From an uncultured Nitrospinota bacterium (GTDB taxonomy: Bacteria > Tectomicrobia > Entotheonellia > J063 > CAVPRW01), in NCBI GenBank assembly GCA_963707985.1, contig CAVPRW010000027.1, forward strand, positions 128,001 to 192,000: a stretch of 64,000 bases of DNA, given 5' to 3'. Shown piece by piece: positions 1 through 10,790 of this stretch (the stretch's first letter is position 1; each line of letters begins with the position of its first letter). The notes below the pieces were generated by a model. It made no database searches. It was not told where the DNA came from and saw nothing but the letters and a program-made list of their open reading frames with translations. Made by a program: the position numbers and the translations under genes.

Positions 1-50
1 TCTCTGCTGTGCTTTTGAAGTCTACGCGAGCATGGCATAGGGAGAGATCC

Positions 51-293
51 ATGCCCAGAAGCGTGAAAGCGGTTTATAATCATGGGGTTTTTGTTGCTCG
101 AGAATTTTGTGATATTCCTGATGGATCAGAGGTGGAGTTAATTATTCACGGCCCTGCTCTTCTTCCCCCAGAAGTCAAGGGAAGTGAGGAGAAAGAACAT
201 ATCATAAGGATTACGGTCGAACGCATGCAACAAAATCCTATCCCTACTAATGCACCCCGTTTGACGAGGGAAGCACTGCATGAACGCCGTTGA
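51..293 (+). CDS. AF2212/DUF104-type antitoxin
   Basis: MPRSVKAVYNHGVF...IPDGSEVELII motif; GGAGAG RBS before ATG 51; overlaps the PIN gene. Confidence 0.8.
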   Translation: MPRSVKAVYNHGVFVAREFCDIPDGSEVELIIHGPALLPPEVKGSEEKEHIIRITVERMQQNPIPTNAPRLTREALHERR

Positions 294-699
294 TACCAAT
301 GTTCTATTGTATATCCATGATCCGCGCGATCCTGATAAACAGGCAACGGCTGCAGCGCTGATCCAAGCATTGACCGATGGCGTCTTGCTTTGGCAGGTCG
401 CATGCGAATATTTATCGGCAAGCCGCAAATTAGAGCCGTTCGGATATAACCGAGCGCAGGCTTGGCTGGACATCCGCGACCTACGTCGAGTGTGGACTAC
501 CATTCTACCGAGTTGGGGCATTTTAGAACACGCAGAACAACTATTGGCCTCCTACAGCCTCTCATTTTGGGACGCCATGATTATTGCGGCTTGCCTGCAG
601 GGAGGAGTGACGCGTTTGTATTCAGAGGATTTCGATGCCTACCCGCGGGTGGATGGGCTGGAGGTCCTGAATCCTTTTAGCGTCTCCCCTGCTCCCTGA
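280..699 (+). CDS. vapC: PIN-domain (VapC-like) toxin
   Basis: VDTNVLLY, SFWDAMIIAAC, LYSEDF acidic PIN motifs. Confidence 0.9.
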   Translation: MNAVDTNVLLYIHDPRDPDKQATAAALIQALTDGVLLWQVACEYLSASRKLEPFGYNRAQAWLDIRDLRRVWTTILPSWGILEHAEQLLASYSLSFWDAMIIAACLQGGVTRLYSEDFDAYPRVDGLEVLNPFSVSPAP

Positions 700-764
700 A
701 GTCAAGGAGCTGGGCTTCATCCTTTACAGCCAATCAAATTTCACCGCCATACGATATAGAGCAG

Positions 765-2318
765 GTGATGATCCCTAGTATAAATCCAAGCGAGTCGCCG
801 CCATTTCATACACTGAATGAGTACACGTTCCAAAAGTTATGCTGCGAATTGCACGCAAGGCAGCCAGGGATTGCTACATGCGATGTGTACGGGACTCGAG
901 GACAGAGGCAGCGGGGCATTGACCTACTGGCTCACCGCCGTGGAAGTATGGAAAAAGAGGTCGGCCAATGTAAGTGCTACGATGATTTTCCACCTGCGGA
1001 AATACGAAAGGCCTCTGAGGAGTTCCTGGAACATCTCGGATATTGGCAACAACAGCAGGTCAAGCGTTTTATTCTCTTCGTAGCGTGTGATTTGGATCGG
1101 ACTCAACAACAGGACGAAATCTGCAAGCAAAAGAAACATCTTGCAAAGTATGGCATTGAATACGAAACCTGGTCAGCAAGTACACTTCGGGTGAACCTCA
1201 CTCCTCACCGACACATTGTTGAGCGTCACATTCCAACATCATATTGGGTGGAAAACATCTGTGGCACTGAATTACATTCTTCCCTCGTACCAACTGGGGA
1301 GCCCACCGAAACACAATCTATCTTGAGAACCATGGCCTTTGTCGGATCCCAAGTTGAGCGGTTGGCATCAGGATTGTCAAGGGGCATCGCAGAGAAGCTA
1401 GAAGAGATACGAGAGAGCTATCGAGAGGGACGTGTGCGCCAGGCATATACACATCTTCAGAAACTACGGAAGGAGGAATACTGGGACATCCTCGAACAAT
1501 CTCTCCGGGGCAGGATATTGCGGACTCTGGCGTCGTATGTCCTTAATATCGAACGCGATGTATCCAAGGCTCGTGCCCTAGCAAATGAGGCACGCAGCAT
1601 TGATCCAACTGCTGATGACACTATCCTTCGAACGTTGCTGAAATATCACATTGAGGGGGCTGAATCCGCATTAGTGGAGATAGGCGTCGCAAATAGCTTG
1701 GATATCTTCAATCTGAAGATCGCTCTGTTACTGGATCTCAGCAGGGCTGAGGGTATACTTGCCATGATAGAACGTTTCCCAGAAGGTCTTAACCTAAATG
1801 CGGAAACACGAAGATTGCACGCGTTAGCCCTTTTATTGAAGGGCAGCTTGCCTAGTGCGCAGACGCAAATCCAGGCTGCTCTGAATGAACGGGGAAAATG
1901 GGAGTCAGTGCGAACCGCAAGCGCTATCATCAATTATTTCAGCGCCCTCTCACCTGTAGCCCTTCCGAACAGGATGGTCCCCTGGCCAGAACCTATTGAT
2001 TGGGCGTTCATCAAGCGAGATAACCAGAGTCTCGAACGCCTGCGAAAAGCTAAAGCCGAGTTTGAAGGTCTTGCCTTGCAGCCAGATCGGGAAGACGAGT
2101 CGCGCCAACTATTCGAGGTGTGGTGCCTGGCAAGCTTGGCGAATGATCCGGACCAGCAAGTAGAAGCCCAGGAGTTCTGTCGAAGCATACTCGGAAAAGA
2201 CCCAACGAATTCAAGAGTTCTAGCCTGGGCTCTTGCGCGTGATTACGAGGTCGATCTCCCCTCCATTGAAAGGGCCATGGAAAAATTTCTTGGGGTAGAT
2301 GAAGATGGACTCTCATAA
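765..2318 (+). CDS. N-terminal part of a giant defence-type protein: PD-(D/E)xK restriction-endonuclease-like domain plus TPR-like helices
   Basis: FQKLCCEL...YGTRGQRQRGIDLL...GQCKCY nuclease motif followed by helical repeats; lower GC than the flanks. Confidence 0.7.
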   Translation: MMIPSINPSESPPFHTLNEYTFQKLCCELHARQPGIATCDVYGTRGQRQRGIDLLAHRRGSMEKEVGQCKCYDDFPPAEIRKASEEFLEHLGYWQQQQVKRFILFVACDLDRTQQQDEICKQKKHLAKYGIEYETWSASTLRVNLTPHRHIVERHIPTSYWVENICGTELHSSLVPTGEPTETQSILRTMAFVGSQVERLASGLSRGIAEKLEEIRESYREGRVRQAYTHLQKLRKEEYWDILEQSLRGRILRTLASYVLNIERDVSKARALANEARSIDPTADDTILRTLLKYHIEGAESALVEIGVANSLDIFNLKIALLLDLSRAEGILAMIERFPEGLNLNAETRRLHALALLLKGSLPSAQTQIQAALNERGKWESVRTASAIINYFSALSPVALPNRMVPWPEPIDWAFIKRDNQSLERLRKAKAEFEGLALQPDREDESRQLFEVWCLASLANDPDQQVEAQEFCRSILGKDPTNSRVLAWALARDYEVDLPSIERAMEKFLGVDEDGLS

Positions 2319-4852
2319 GCAAGATCTGGAGCAGGTTATAGCATTAGTGGGACTCTATCTGAAATCTGGAAAAACTCATGAGGCATTGCAACTGTTGCAA
2401 CGGGTAAAGAGAAGATTCCTGGAAAGTGGGGCAGGGAGTATTTGGGCTTTCTGGCTCGCGCAAGCGCTTGTTGCCCATGGCGAACCTGAGAAGGCGCTCG
2501 AAGAAGCACGTGACGAGAAAGATCCTCATATCAACCGAACCATCCGAATGATGGCTCTCAGAGAGATTGCCCGTCGCTCAGAAGAATGGCACCCCTATGT
2601 TGAACATCTGGAAGCGTGTTTTGAGGAAACCCAAAGGGGTGAGTTTCTCTTTGAGCTATGCCAGCTGAAAGAGCATCTTAAAGATTGGTCTTATGTAGCT
2701 GATCGTGCTGAAGCTTTGATCCAGCATGTGGGGACCGCCGAGGTGTTACGTCTCGCTGCCTATGCTGCATGGGAGGCAAGACGCCCTCAGCAGTGTCTTA
2801 GGCTATTGAACGAGAACCCCCACTGCTTCCCAAGCCACCTCTTGCCAGCTGATTTGGGTCGATTGCGAGTGCTGTGTCAGGGACGCTTAGGATTACTTTC
2901 CCAAGCGGTTGCTAATGCAGATGCCATAGTCCGCCAAGATGACACCACAGAAAACATCCTCACATTGATGGACGTTCAACTACTGAAGGGTGATCTGAAG
3001 GGTCTCACTGTTACAGCGCGTAAATTATTGGCTCGCGAGGATCTAGCACCTATACACCTCCTGCGAGCTGCCAGGTTGACATTGTTCGAAGACCATGGAA
3101 TGGCCAAAGAGTTCTGGCATCGTGCCCGAGAGCGCGCTTTGGACGATCCCGCTCTGCTCAGCGAAGCATTGACATTGGGATTTAGACTCAGGCTCGATGC
3201 TGAAATGGCACCTTTGATGTGGCGCATGCAGGATTTTGCTTCCCAAGGCCGAGGCTCATTTCAGGCTTTCAAAATTAATGAACTGTTGCCAATGATGCAG
3301 GATCGCGCTAAGTATGCAGCCCATGTCTCGGAGAAGCTTAGTGGTGGAGAAGTCCCCATCCATCTTGCTGCGAAGAAGTTAGATATACCATTAGCCCGTG
3401 TATTTCATGGTTTGCCTGAACAAAATCGGAAAGCACCTGACCCTCTGTCTCAGCCAATCATTTGGGTACGCCATGGAGGACGCCCACTGCAACAACAGCT
3501 TGCGAGTACTTCCAATAGCTGGCGTTTGCATCTGGATGTCACCGCGGTATTGCTCGCGGCTGACCTGGGCATCTTGGGAAAAGTAGAACAGTGTTTCGCG
3601 CCTTTGAGAATCGCACCTGGACTTCTCGCTGCACTTGTGCATCAGCGTGATAGGCTGGTATCACACCAGCCATCGCGCATAGCCGGTTGTAGGCATATCC
3701 TACAATTGCTCCAAGATGGTAAGTTACATCCGATGCCGGCTGTAGCGGAAGTGATATCAGCACCAGCAGATCTCGTAGACAAAATGGGAGCCAACTGGAC
3801 AGGTCTCCTCGAAAAGGCTAAGGCCGACAATGGTTTCGTTGTCGATTACCTTCCCCTGACTAGCCACAACCTAGAGCCTGAACCCATCACTTTGCCAGAC
3901 CATGATCGCCATCATGTCATCAATTGTCGCGCTCTCATTGAAGGCTTGCGGCGCGATGGCTATTTTTCTCAGTCTACCTACCAACAGGCTTTGCGGAGGC
4001 TTGGCAGTGAGGGAATGGGAGGTGTTCCCGCACTGCTACCACCAAATGGTAGCAAGGTTTTTCTGATGGCGAACATTGCAGGAGTGCTGACAGACGCAGA
4101 ACTGCTGGAAAGCGTCTGCCGCCATTATCAGGTTTTCGTAGATCGTTGCTTCCTTGACGAAGCGCGCCTTGGAATTGAAGAGGAAGAAGGCAGGAGTCAG
4201 CGAACGGTATGGCTAGGCCAGCTTATCGATCGGGTGCGAGCTGGGCTGGATGCTGATGTTTACCAAAGCACTATCATTCCCGACGACAGGCCGCAACTAG
4301 AGTTAGAGGAAAAAGAAGCTGATAATCCGAGATGCCCTGAGCTTCCTGACATTCCTGCACTACCAGCCAGGGGATAGCGATATCATCTGGGGAGATGACC
4401 GCTGGTTTAACGGACACACCCATCGTGATGGGGTGCCTATTATTGGTATTAACGAGGTTCTTCGCGCACTGTGGCATCGTGGCCACATACAGGAGAGTGA
4501 ATATTACGCTGCCCTCTTAAAACTTCGCGCGGCAAACTGTCGTTATATCCCTCTGGACAAAGAGGAAATCCTCCATCATTTGCAACAAGCTCAGGTAGTC
4601 AATGGGACTGTCGTCGAGACCGAGGAATTATCCATTCTCCGACGGTATATCGCGGCCTGTTTCCTCGATAATGCGCGTTTGCAGCGCCCTCCAATGCCAC
4701 AGGGGGCCAGCAATCCCTACGGCGAGATTGCTTTTGTATCTGCGACTGTACGGATTGTGACCGATGCTATCATCGTTGGGTGGTCAAATGCGCAATGCGG
4801 TGACGATCTTGCCCAAGCTCGTGCAGACTGGATACTAGACAACCTATACATA
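2299..4852 (+). pseudogene. Middle part of the giant TPR/PIN-like protein (frameshift near 4330; interrupted by an IS at 4853)
   Basis: TPR-like helices; LHLDVTAVLLAADLGIL; after the frameshift the other frame reads DIIWGDDRWFNGH and runs into ORF 4433. Confidence 0.65.
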
Positions 4853-6542
4853 GTGACCACTAATTTATTTCCCCTCTAGAGGGGATTGTCCTGTGGATCG
4901 GATCGTCGTATGCTGAGACGCTTATAGACCCCCTCTGAGGAGAGACGACGATGCCGCTCATGCGATACCTCCAGCATTGGTTGACGGGCCGAGGGCCGTG
5001 CCTGCAGGTGGCAGACTTCGTCCCGGACACACACCCCCTCCGCCAATGGGCCGAGACGTTTCCATGGGCGGCCATGGTTGCAGCCGTGGACCGCTCGTGC
5101 GCCCAGCGCGTCCCCAAACCCACCACGCGTGGACGTCCGCCGGTCTCGACCCGGGTGTTATGGGCGTTGGCATGGCTCACACATGAGTTGGCCTGTGCCG
5201 ACGAACAGAGGTGTCGCCGCTGACGGACTGACCTGGCCGTGATGGACTGCTGGTCGGGATCCGAGAGGTCCAGGTCGATGGTTCCCAAGCGCATGTTGTG
5301 CTTCCTGAAGTGCTGGCCCAGTGTCGCAGCCGTCTCGATGCGCCGTTGCTGGAGGAACGGCTCGCGATCCAGGCCGCAACCGCGATGGAGGACGGGTTGG
5401 TCAGCCCGGCGCACCTGGTGGTCGACACCGTTCCCCGTGAGCAGGGGAGCCCACGCGTCAATGATGCCGCCACCCTGTAGAAGGCCCCCAAAAAGTCCTC
5501 CAGCTCATCGCGTCCATAGCCGCACAGGGTACCACGCCAGGTGCAGAGCTGGTGGTGCAAGCTCCGCACCTCCAGCACGACCTCCAGAGGATGATGCGCC
5601 GGTTCGGCCGACAGTGCCGGGGGATGGGGAACGTGTGTGTCACACTGGTACGCCAAACTGAGACCCAACTGTTGGCGCGTGGCCACCAAGTCCTGCCCCT
5701 GGCTCAGGCCGTGCAGGAGCGCTGGCACAACCTGCTGCAGCTGTCGGAGGAGCAGCGGGCGCGCCTGAGTACCCAGCTGATCGCTGCGCTCGAGGCCCAT
5801 CACCGGATCGCACACCAATCCCGACGGCTGACATAGGGCAAAGCAGTCCCCCACGGCAACATCGTCAACGCCGACGATCCCACCATGGCACCCATGTGCA
5901 ACGGTAAACGTAACGGCCCTGCGCCATTTGGCCGCAAGCCGGGGATTGTCGCCGAGCCAGCCGCTGGCTTGATCTTTGCTGTGCATCTGCCGGTGGGACA
6001 TCCCAGTGACGCCAGCTCTGTGCCACCCTTGGTCGACCCCGTGCAGCAGGCGATCGCCCGAGTCGCGACGGGTCCCATCCCGGCCATCCGCTCGTTGGCT
6101 GGCGCTCTGGCGTGCAATGAGGCCGCGTGGCGTGAGGCGTTGCACGCGCAAGGGATTCTCACGGTCGGGATCCCGAAGACAGTCGATCCCCTCACCCCGT
6201 TTCCTTCCCCGGAGGACGTCCTCCGGATTTTGAACGAAGCGGGCCTGTCCAGCACACCTACCCCAGCCCAGGTGCACCTCGCCTGCGCCTGTGGGTATAG
6301 CCGCCCGGTGGTCGAACGCATCATGGCCAGTTTGCTGTGTCGTGGAGCAGGGCGCCTCACCGACAAAGGCCATCGCGGCGCGCGCGTACACATGGGAATG
6401 GCCGTCATGGCACACCACGCGGCGACGTTGGTCCGCATCCACGAGTATCGGCTGTCGAAGCGGGCACGCACGTTCCGCCGACGGCTGCGGTTGAGATGCC
6501 GTCAAGTCAATCACTGCCATGCCTCAATAAATGAGTGACCAC
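4853..6542 (+). mobile_element. Degenerate DDE insertion sequence (IS5/IS1182-like), 1690 bp
   Basis: IRs GTGACCACTAATTTATT / rc GTGGTCACTCATTTATT; 6-bp TSD TACATA at 4847-4852 and 6543-6548; transposase fragments 4951-6538 with stops and frameshifts. Confidence 0.85.
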
Positions 6543-8490
6543 TACATAGGATTATTGGGAGTGCGCCACTTGCAGCATGCCCCTGATCCCAACAGCGATG
6601 GGCTTGATCTGATCGGCCTCGAAATAGGGGGAGTTTTGGCACAGAGTTTCACCCTGAGAGGAAAGCTCCCCAATGAAAAGAGTGAGGAAGACAGCCCACG
6701 CCAAAAGTTTATCGATTGGCTGGAATCGCGGATCATCTCACAGCGCTTCAAAGCCGACCCCGACGCTGTTGTCGCTGTCGCGAACTGCCTCAAGAATCTT
6801 CTTATAGAGGTTACCGACCGCCATAATGACGACGAGCCAAGAGACATGGTTGCGCGGTTGCTCCTTCAGAGATTCTTTTTTGACTTGCCAGAAGGCATCC
6901 AGGATGCCATGCAGCTTGACCCTGAAGTCATGTCGAGACTTTGTGTCACGACCTTTAGATCCATTACAGTTGGTCCATTATGTTTTGAGCAGGGTGAATT
7001 CGTGAAGGCAGTAGCCGATGCATTGAACGGTCGGTTGGGCCGAATCACCGGCTCGAGAACCAGAGGCTGAATTCACATTTACTAGTACGATCGACAATAG
7101 TACAGGACAGCGTCTGAATGAGATTAAGGACCAACAGGACGCAGTTGTGACAACTTTTCGTGATCCCCTGCTCGGCTTGTTGCTGGATAACCCAAAAACA
7201 CGGGAAGAGTGGCTACGATCACATCGCTCGTGGTTTGATTGCGCTACTGGCGAGTTTGAAAAAGCTGTTGCCGACATTGTATCTACGGAGGAGCCACAAG
7301 ATCGAGTCGAAAAAACTATGATATGGCGAAAGTCTTCGGCAGCAGTCTTCTACGAAATTCTAGAACGACAGCTAAAAGACTTGGGGCAACTCAGTCAAGA
7401 TGAGCTCATCCCTCTGTCCGCCGAGGGCCTCTTGCGACACTTCCGCCTAAATACGTTTCTTAGCGGCGAAACTGATTTTCAAGCTATTTTGCAACAGGCA
7501 GCAATTGCCCTGATCCCTGAAGAGGGATTGGAGTCCTCTATCGAGCGTATGGGATGTTTGCCTATCAGGCTGCCTCCTGTCTTGTGGGAGGAGTTCGATA
7601 GGCTTTCAAATGAAGAGAATGTCGGGCTCATCAGGAGGTTATCCACACGGTGCGCCTCTCCAGTGAGCAAGATACATTTGATCGATTTGTCCCTTCATTA
7701 TGGGCGGGAAGAGCCGGATTTGCTGGCTTTGGCCCGCTCGACCTTGACGGAACTCTTCGATGAAATGGGTGGGGAGCTACATTACCGCTTGTTCGCCGCG
7801 CTCTTGCACTTTGTGAATGACGAATTTGGCTACTGGGCTGATGTCGTACGTTGGTCGGAACCCATAAAATTGGCCATGGTTTGGGCACAGGCCAATATGT
7901 TGCATAATCTTTTCGGCAGAATACAACTGGACCCGGCTAGGCTAGCTCAGTGGCTCGAAAAGGTCCGCCGACGAACTTCAGCCGAACTCCTAGGCCGTGA
8001 GCTGGCATCCTGGAATGATGTTTTACATCCACGGAGGCAGAATCGGACCGACTTTCTCGTACATGCTGTGGCCTTCATAGTATCAAACTATGATTCGCAA
8101 ATGGTCGACCAGCTTTATGTTAAAGATCTACTGCTCACGACTGCTTTTACTGGGGATAACGAGAATCAGTCGCCTCGAATCTCCTTACTCCGCGATTCCA
8201 CTTTGGCCTCAAACGTTCTAGGTTCATTTCTGGGGGGAGACCGGTCTACGGTATTGGCTCCTTGTATAGGTCATGAACTTTCCAGCATGCTCGCATCCTC
8301 TTCTTTGAAGAGCATGGTCGAGGAAGCTATCCAAACCCTTAAGAGTGATCCCTTTCAACTGTCGGAATGGGCGAAGATCAGGCATTGCCGTCGGGAATCT
8401 CCCCATGTATGAACATCTCGCAGGAGAATTCCGAGAAGTAGTAAGACAACTTAATTTTACGTCCCTCGCTGGCATTCACCCCTCGACCAC
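6543..8490 (+). pseudogene. C-terminal continuation of the giant protein (frameshifts near 7055 and 8378; truncated near 8490)
   Basis: Removing the IS and one TSD joins DWILDNLYI to GLLGVRHLQ in frame; ORFs 6531 and 7147 share the low-GC composition. Confidence 0.7.
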
Positions 8491-8732
8491 AATGCGCGGT
8501 CTGTCGAGGGGCACGCCAGCGCTTATCCGCGCAGGGGTTCACCGTCGCCCAACGCGCCTGGATACAGGCCCTGTGGACCCCAGCCGTCACCCTGTTGGCG
8601 CTGATCAACATCGTTGTGGCGTTTACGACCAGGACGATCACCTGGCGTGGCATTTCCTATACCATGCGCTCACCGCAGCATGTGGTCATGCACACCGGGC
8701 CACGTGTTCCAGCACCCCCCTCGGAGGCCTGA
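8490..8732 (+). pseudogene. C-terminal fragment of a GT2/ceramide-glucosyltransferase (HpnI-like) gene
   Basis: Unlisted frame reads ...RAWIQALWTPAVTLLALINIVVAFTTRTITWRGISYTMRSPQHV..., TGA at 8730-8732; no 5' part present. Confidence 0.55.
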
Positions 8733-8748
8733 TAAGGAGAGATCGATC

Positions 8749-9894
8749 ATGACCACCGGCCAGGAGATTCGCCATTACGTCCGCTCGGCGCTCGGCAGGC
8801 GTCGCTTTAACCTCCTCATCTTTTTTGTGACGTCGCGCTGTAATGCCAAATGCGACTTTTGCTTTTACTGGGATCACCTCAATCACCAGGGTGATCTGAC
8901 CCTGGACGAGATCCGTCAGATCTCCGCCACCATGCCGCCGTTCCATCGCCTGCTGTTTTCGGGGGGCGAGACCTTCATGCGGAAGGAACTGGTCGACATC
9001 GTGGGCCTCTTCCACCGTCAAAACGGCGTGGCGACGATCAATCTGCCGACCAACGGCATCCTGCAAGCCCAAATCGTGGCGAAGACCGAGGCCATCCTGG
9101 CTGAGAATCCGGCGCTGACGGTCAACGTGGGCTTCTCCCTCGACGGTTTCGCCGCCACGCACGACCGTGTGCGCGCTGTTCCCGGCTGCTTTCGTAAAGC
9201 CATCGCCAGTATCAAGGCGGTGACCGCCCTGCGAGACCGATTTCCCAACCTGACCGTGTTCGTTAACAGCGTCATTTTGCACGAAAATTACACAGAGATA
9301 CCGGCCTTGGCAGACCACCTGCTGCAAGAGGTCGATCTCGACACCCATTACTTCAACATCATCCGCGGTGACCCCATGAACCCGGCCCAGCGGGATGTGC
9401 CCCATGAGGTGCTGCCCACGCTCTACCAGGAGTATGAGCGCGTGCTCGCTATCTATGTGGACCGTACCCACCGGCGGCGTGGCCGCGGCCCAATATCGGC
9501 AGCCGTGTGGCGCACCTTCTACCTGGGACGGTTGGCGATCTATAATGATATTCAGCGCACCAACTATACCCATGGCGCCCGCTGGCCGATGCCCTGTACG
9601 GCCGGGGACACGGCCGCAGTGATCGACTACCATGGTGACGTGCGTATTTGTGAGCTGCGCCAGCCCATCGGCAACCTGCGCGACTACGATTGTGACTTCG
9701 GACGATTGTGGAGCTCATCGGCGCGCACGGCAGAGGTGGCGCAGATGCACCAGGATCACTGCGATTGTACGCACATCTGTTTCATCGACGACAGCGCCAC
9801 CTACAGCCCGAAGGTCGCCCTGCTGCAGTCCCCCCTGGCCTATGCACGACGTTCGCATCTCCCCACTGCTCCGGTGCCTCTCGAAGAAGGTTAG
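8749..9894 (+). CDS. Radical SAM/SPASM-type protein (possibly hopanoid or lipid associated)
   Basis: CNAKCDFC CxxxCxxC motif, FSGGE, C-terminal CTAG...CELR...CDCTHIC; AGGAGA RBS. Confidence 0.85.
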   Translation: MTTGQEIRHYVRSALGRRRFNLLIFFVTSRCNAKCDFCFYWDHLNHQGDLTLDEIRQISATMPPFHRLLFSGGETFMRKELVDIVGLFHRQNGVATINLPTNGILQAQIVAKTEAILAENPALTVNVGFSLDGFAATHDRVRAVPGCFRKAIASIKAVTALRDRFPNLTVFVNSVILHENYTEIPALADHLLQEVDLDTHYFNIIRGDPMNPAQRDVPHEVLPTLYQEYERVLAIYVDRTHRRRGRGPISAAVWRTFYLGRLAIYNDIQRTNYTHGARWPMPCTAGDTAAVIDYHGDVRICELRQPIGNLRDYDCDFGRLWSSSARTAEVAQMHQDHCDCTHICFIDDSATYSPKVALLQSPLAYARRSHLPTAPVPLEEG

Positions 9895-9968
9895 CGTGAA
9901 AGGAGATGCAGGGGCCATAAAGCGACCCGTAGGCTATGCGATTCCAGTCACCAAACCAATGCCCGCCA

Positions 9969-10548
9969 CTAGATGAGGCGGATCACGTAGGACATACTGC
10001 CACTGTCCTTAGACGGATTCGGGGGTTGCGCCTGATAGGGAGCGAAGTGCACGCACACCCTACCGAACACCTTGCACTCGGCCCCAGTCCACTGATTGGT
10101 CGCTTCGACCACCATAAATGCGCAGCCGAGCGCTTGGAAGTGCGCAGCGGTGGCGTCCACGAGTTCGAAGGTATCCGCTTTCGCCAGAGCATCAGACCGC
10201 GCCACTATGAAATGGTGGCCAACCTTGCCCTGGGCATATGCCGCTCGAGAAGTCCGGGTACTGGGTAAACAGCTTCGTCAGTGCCTCCTCATCACGGGTC
10301 CTCAGCAGGGTGCAGATCGGCTCCACGAACGAGAAGACAGCAGGGAGGAATGGGTCGTCCTGTCGGTATGCCGGCGGAGCCAGGTCGATAACGCGCTCCA
10401 ATGGGAGGAGATCGTGAAGAGCCACCAGATGGCAGCACGCCCGTTTGGCGGTGGCCTGCTCTGGCTGGATGCGGAGGGGAAGCCTGCACGTTGGGACGCG
10501 TCCCAGTGTTAGCCTGGTACGATCGACCCGAGCGCGAAGTAATCTCAC
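9969..10548 (-). pseudogene. Fragmented hypothetical gene, possibly GNAT-like
   Basis: Two overlapping frames (10192-10548 and 9969-10205) with protein-like VVEATNQWTGA segment. Confidence 0.35.
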
Positions 10549-10678
10549 ACCCGAAGAGTTTGATTATATACGTTCTGGAACAGTGGCGGAGGGAACCCCC
10601 AGCGGACATTTGACAGACGCCCGCACACGTCAGATTCGAAGGGATGGCCATGGCTCCTGAGCGCCTGTCCCGTCTGCA

Positions 10679-10766
10679 GCACTGCATCTTGGGGTTCCAG
10701 GAGCAATCACCATTATGCCCAACCGGGCATGACGGCGATTACGCCTGGAACCCCAAGATGCAGTGC
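10679..10766. repeat. 88-bp near-perfect palindrome/hairpin
   Basis: 23-bp perfect arms GCACTGCATCTTGGGGTTCCAGG (10679-10701) and 10744-10766; inner imperfect stem closes on a 4-nt AACC loop. Confidence 0.9.
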
Positions 10767-10790
10767 ACGCGTCCAGGCCTGTGTGTCACG

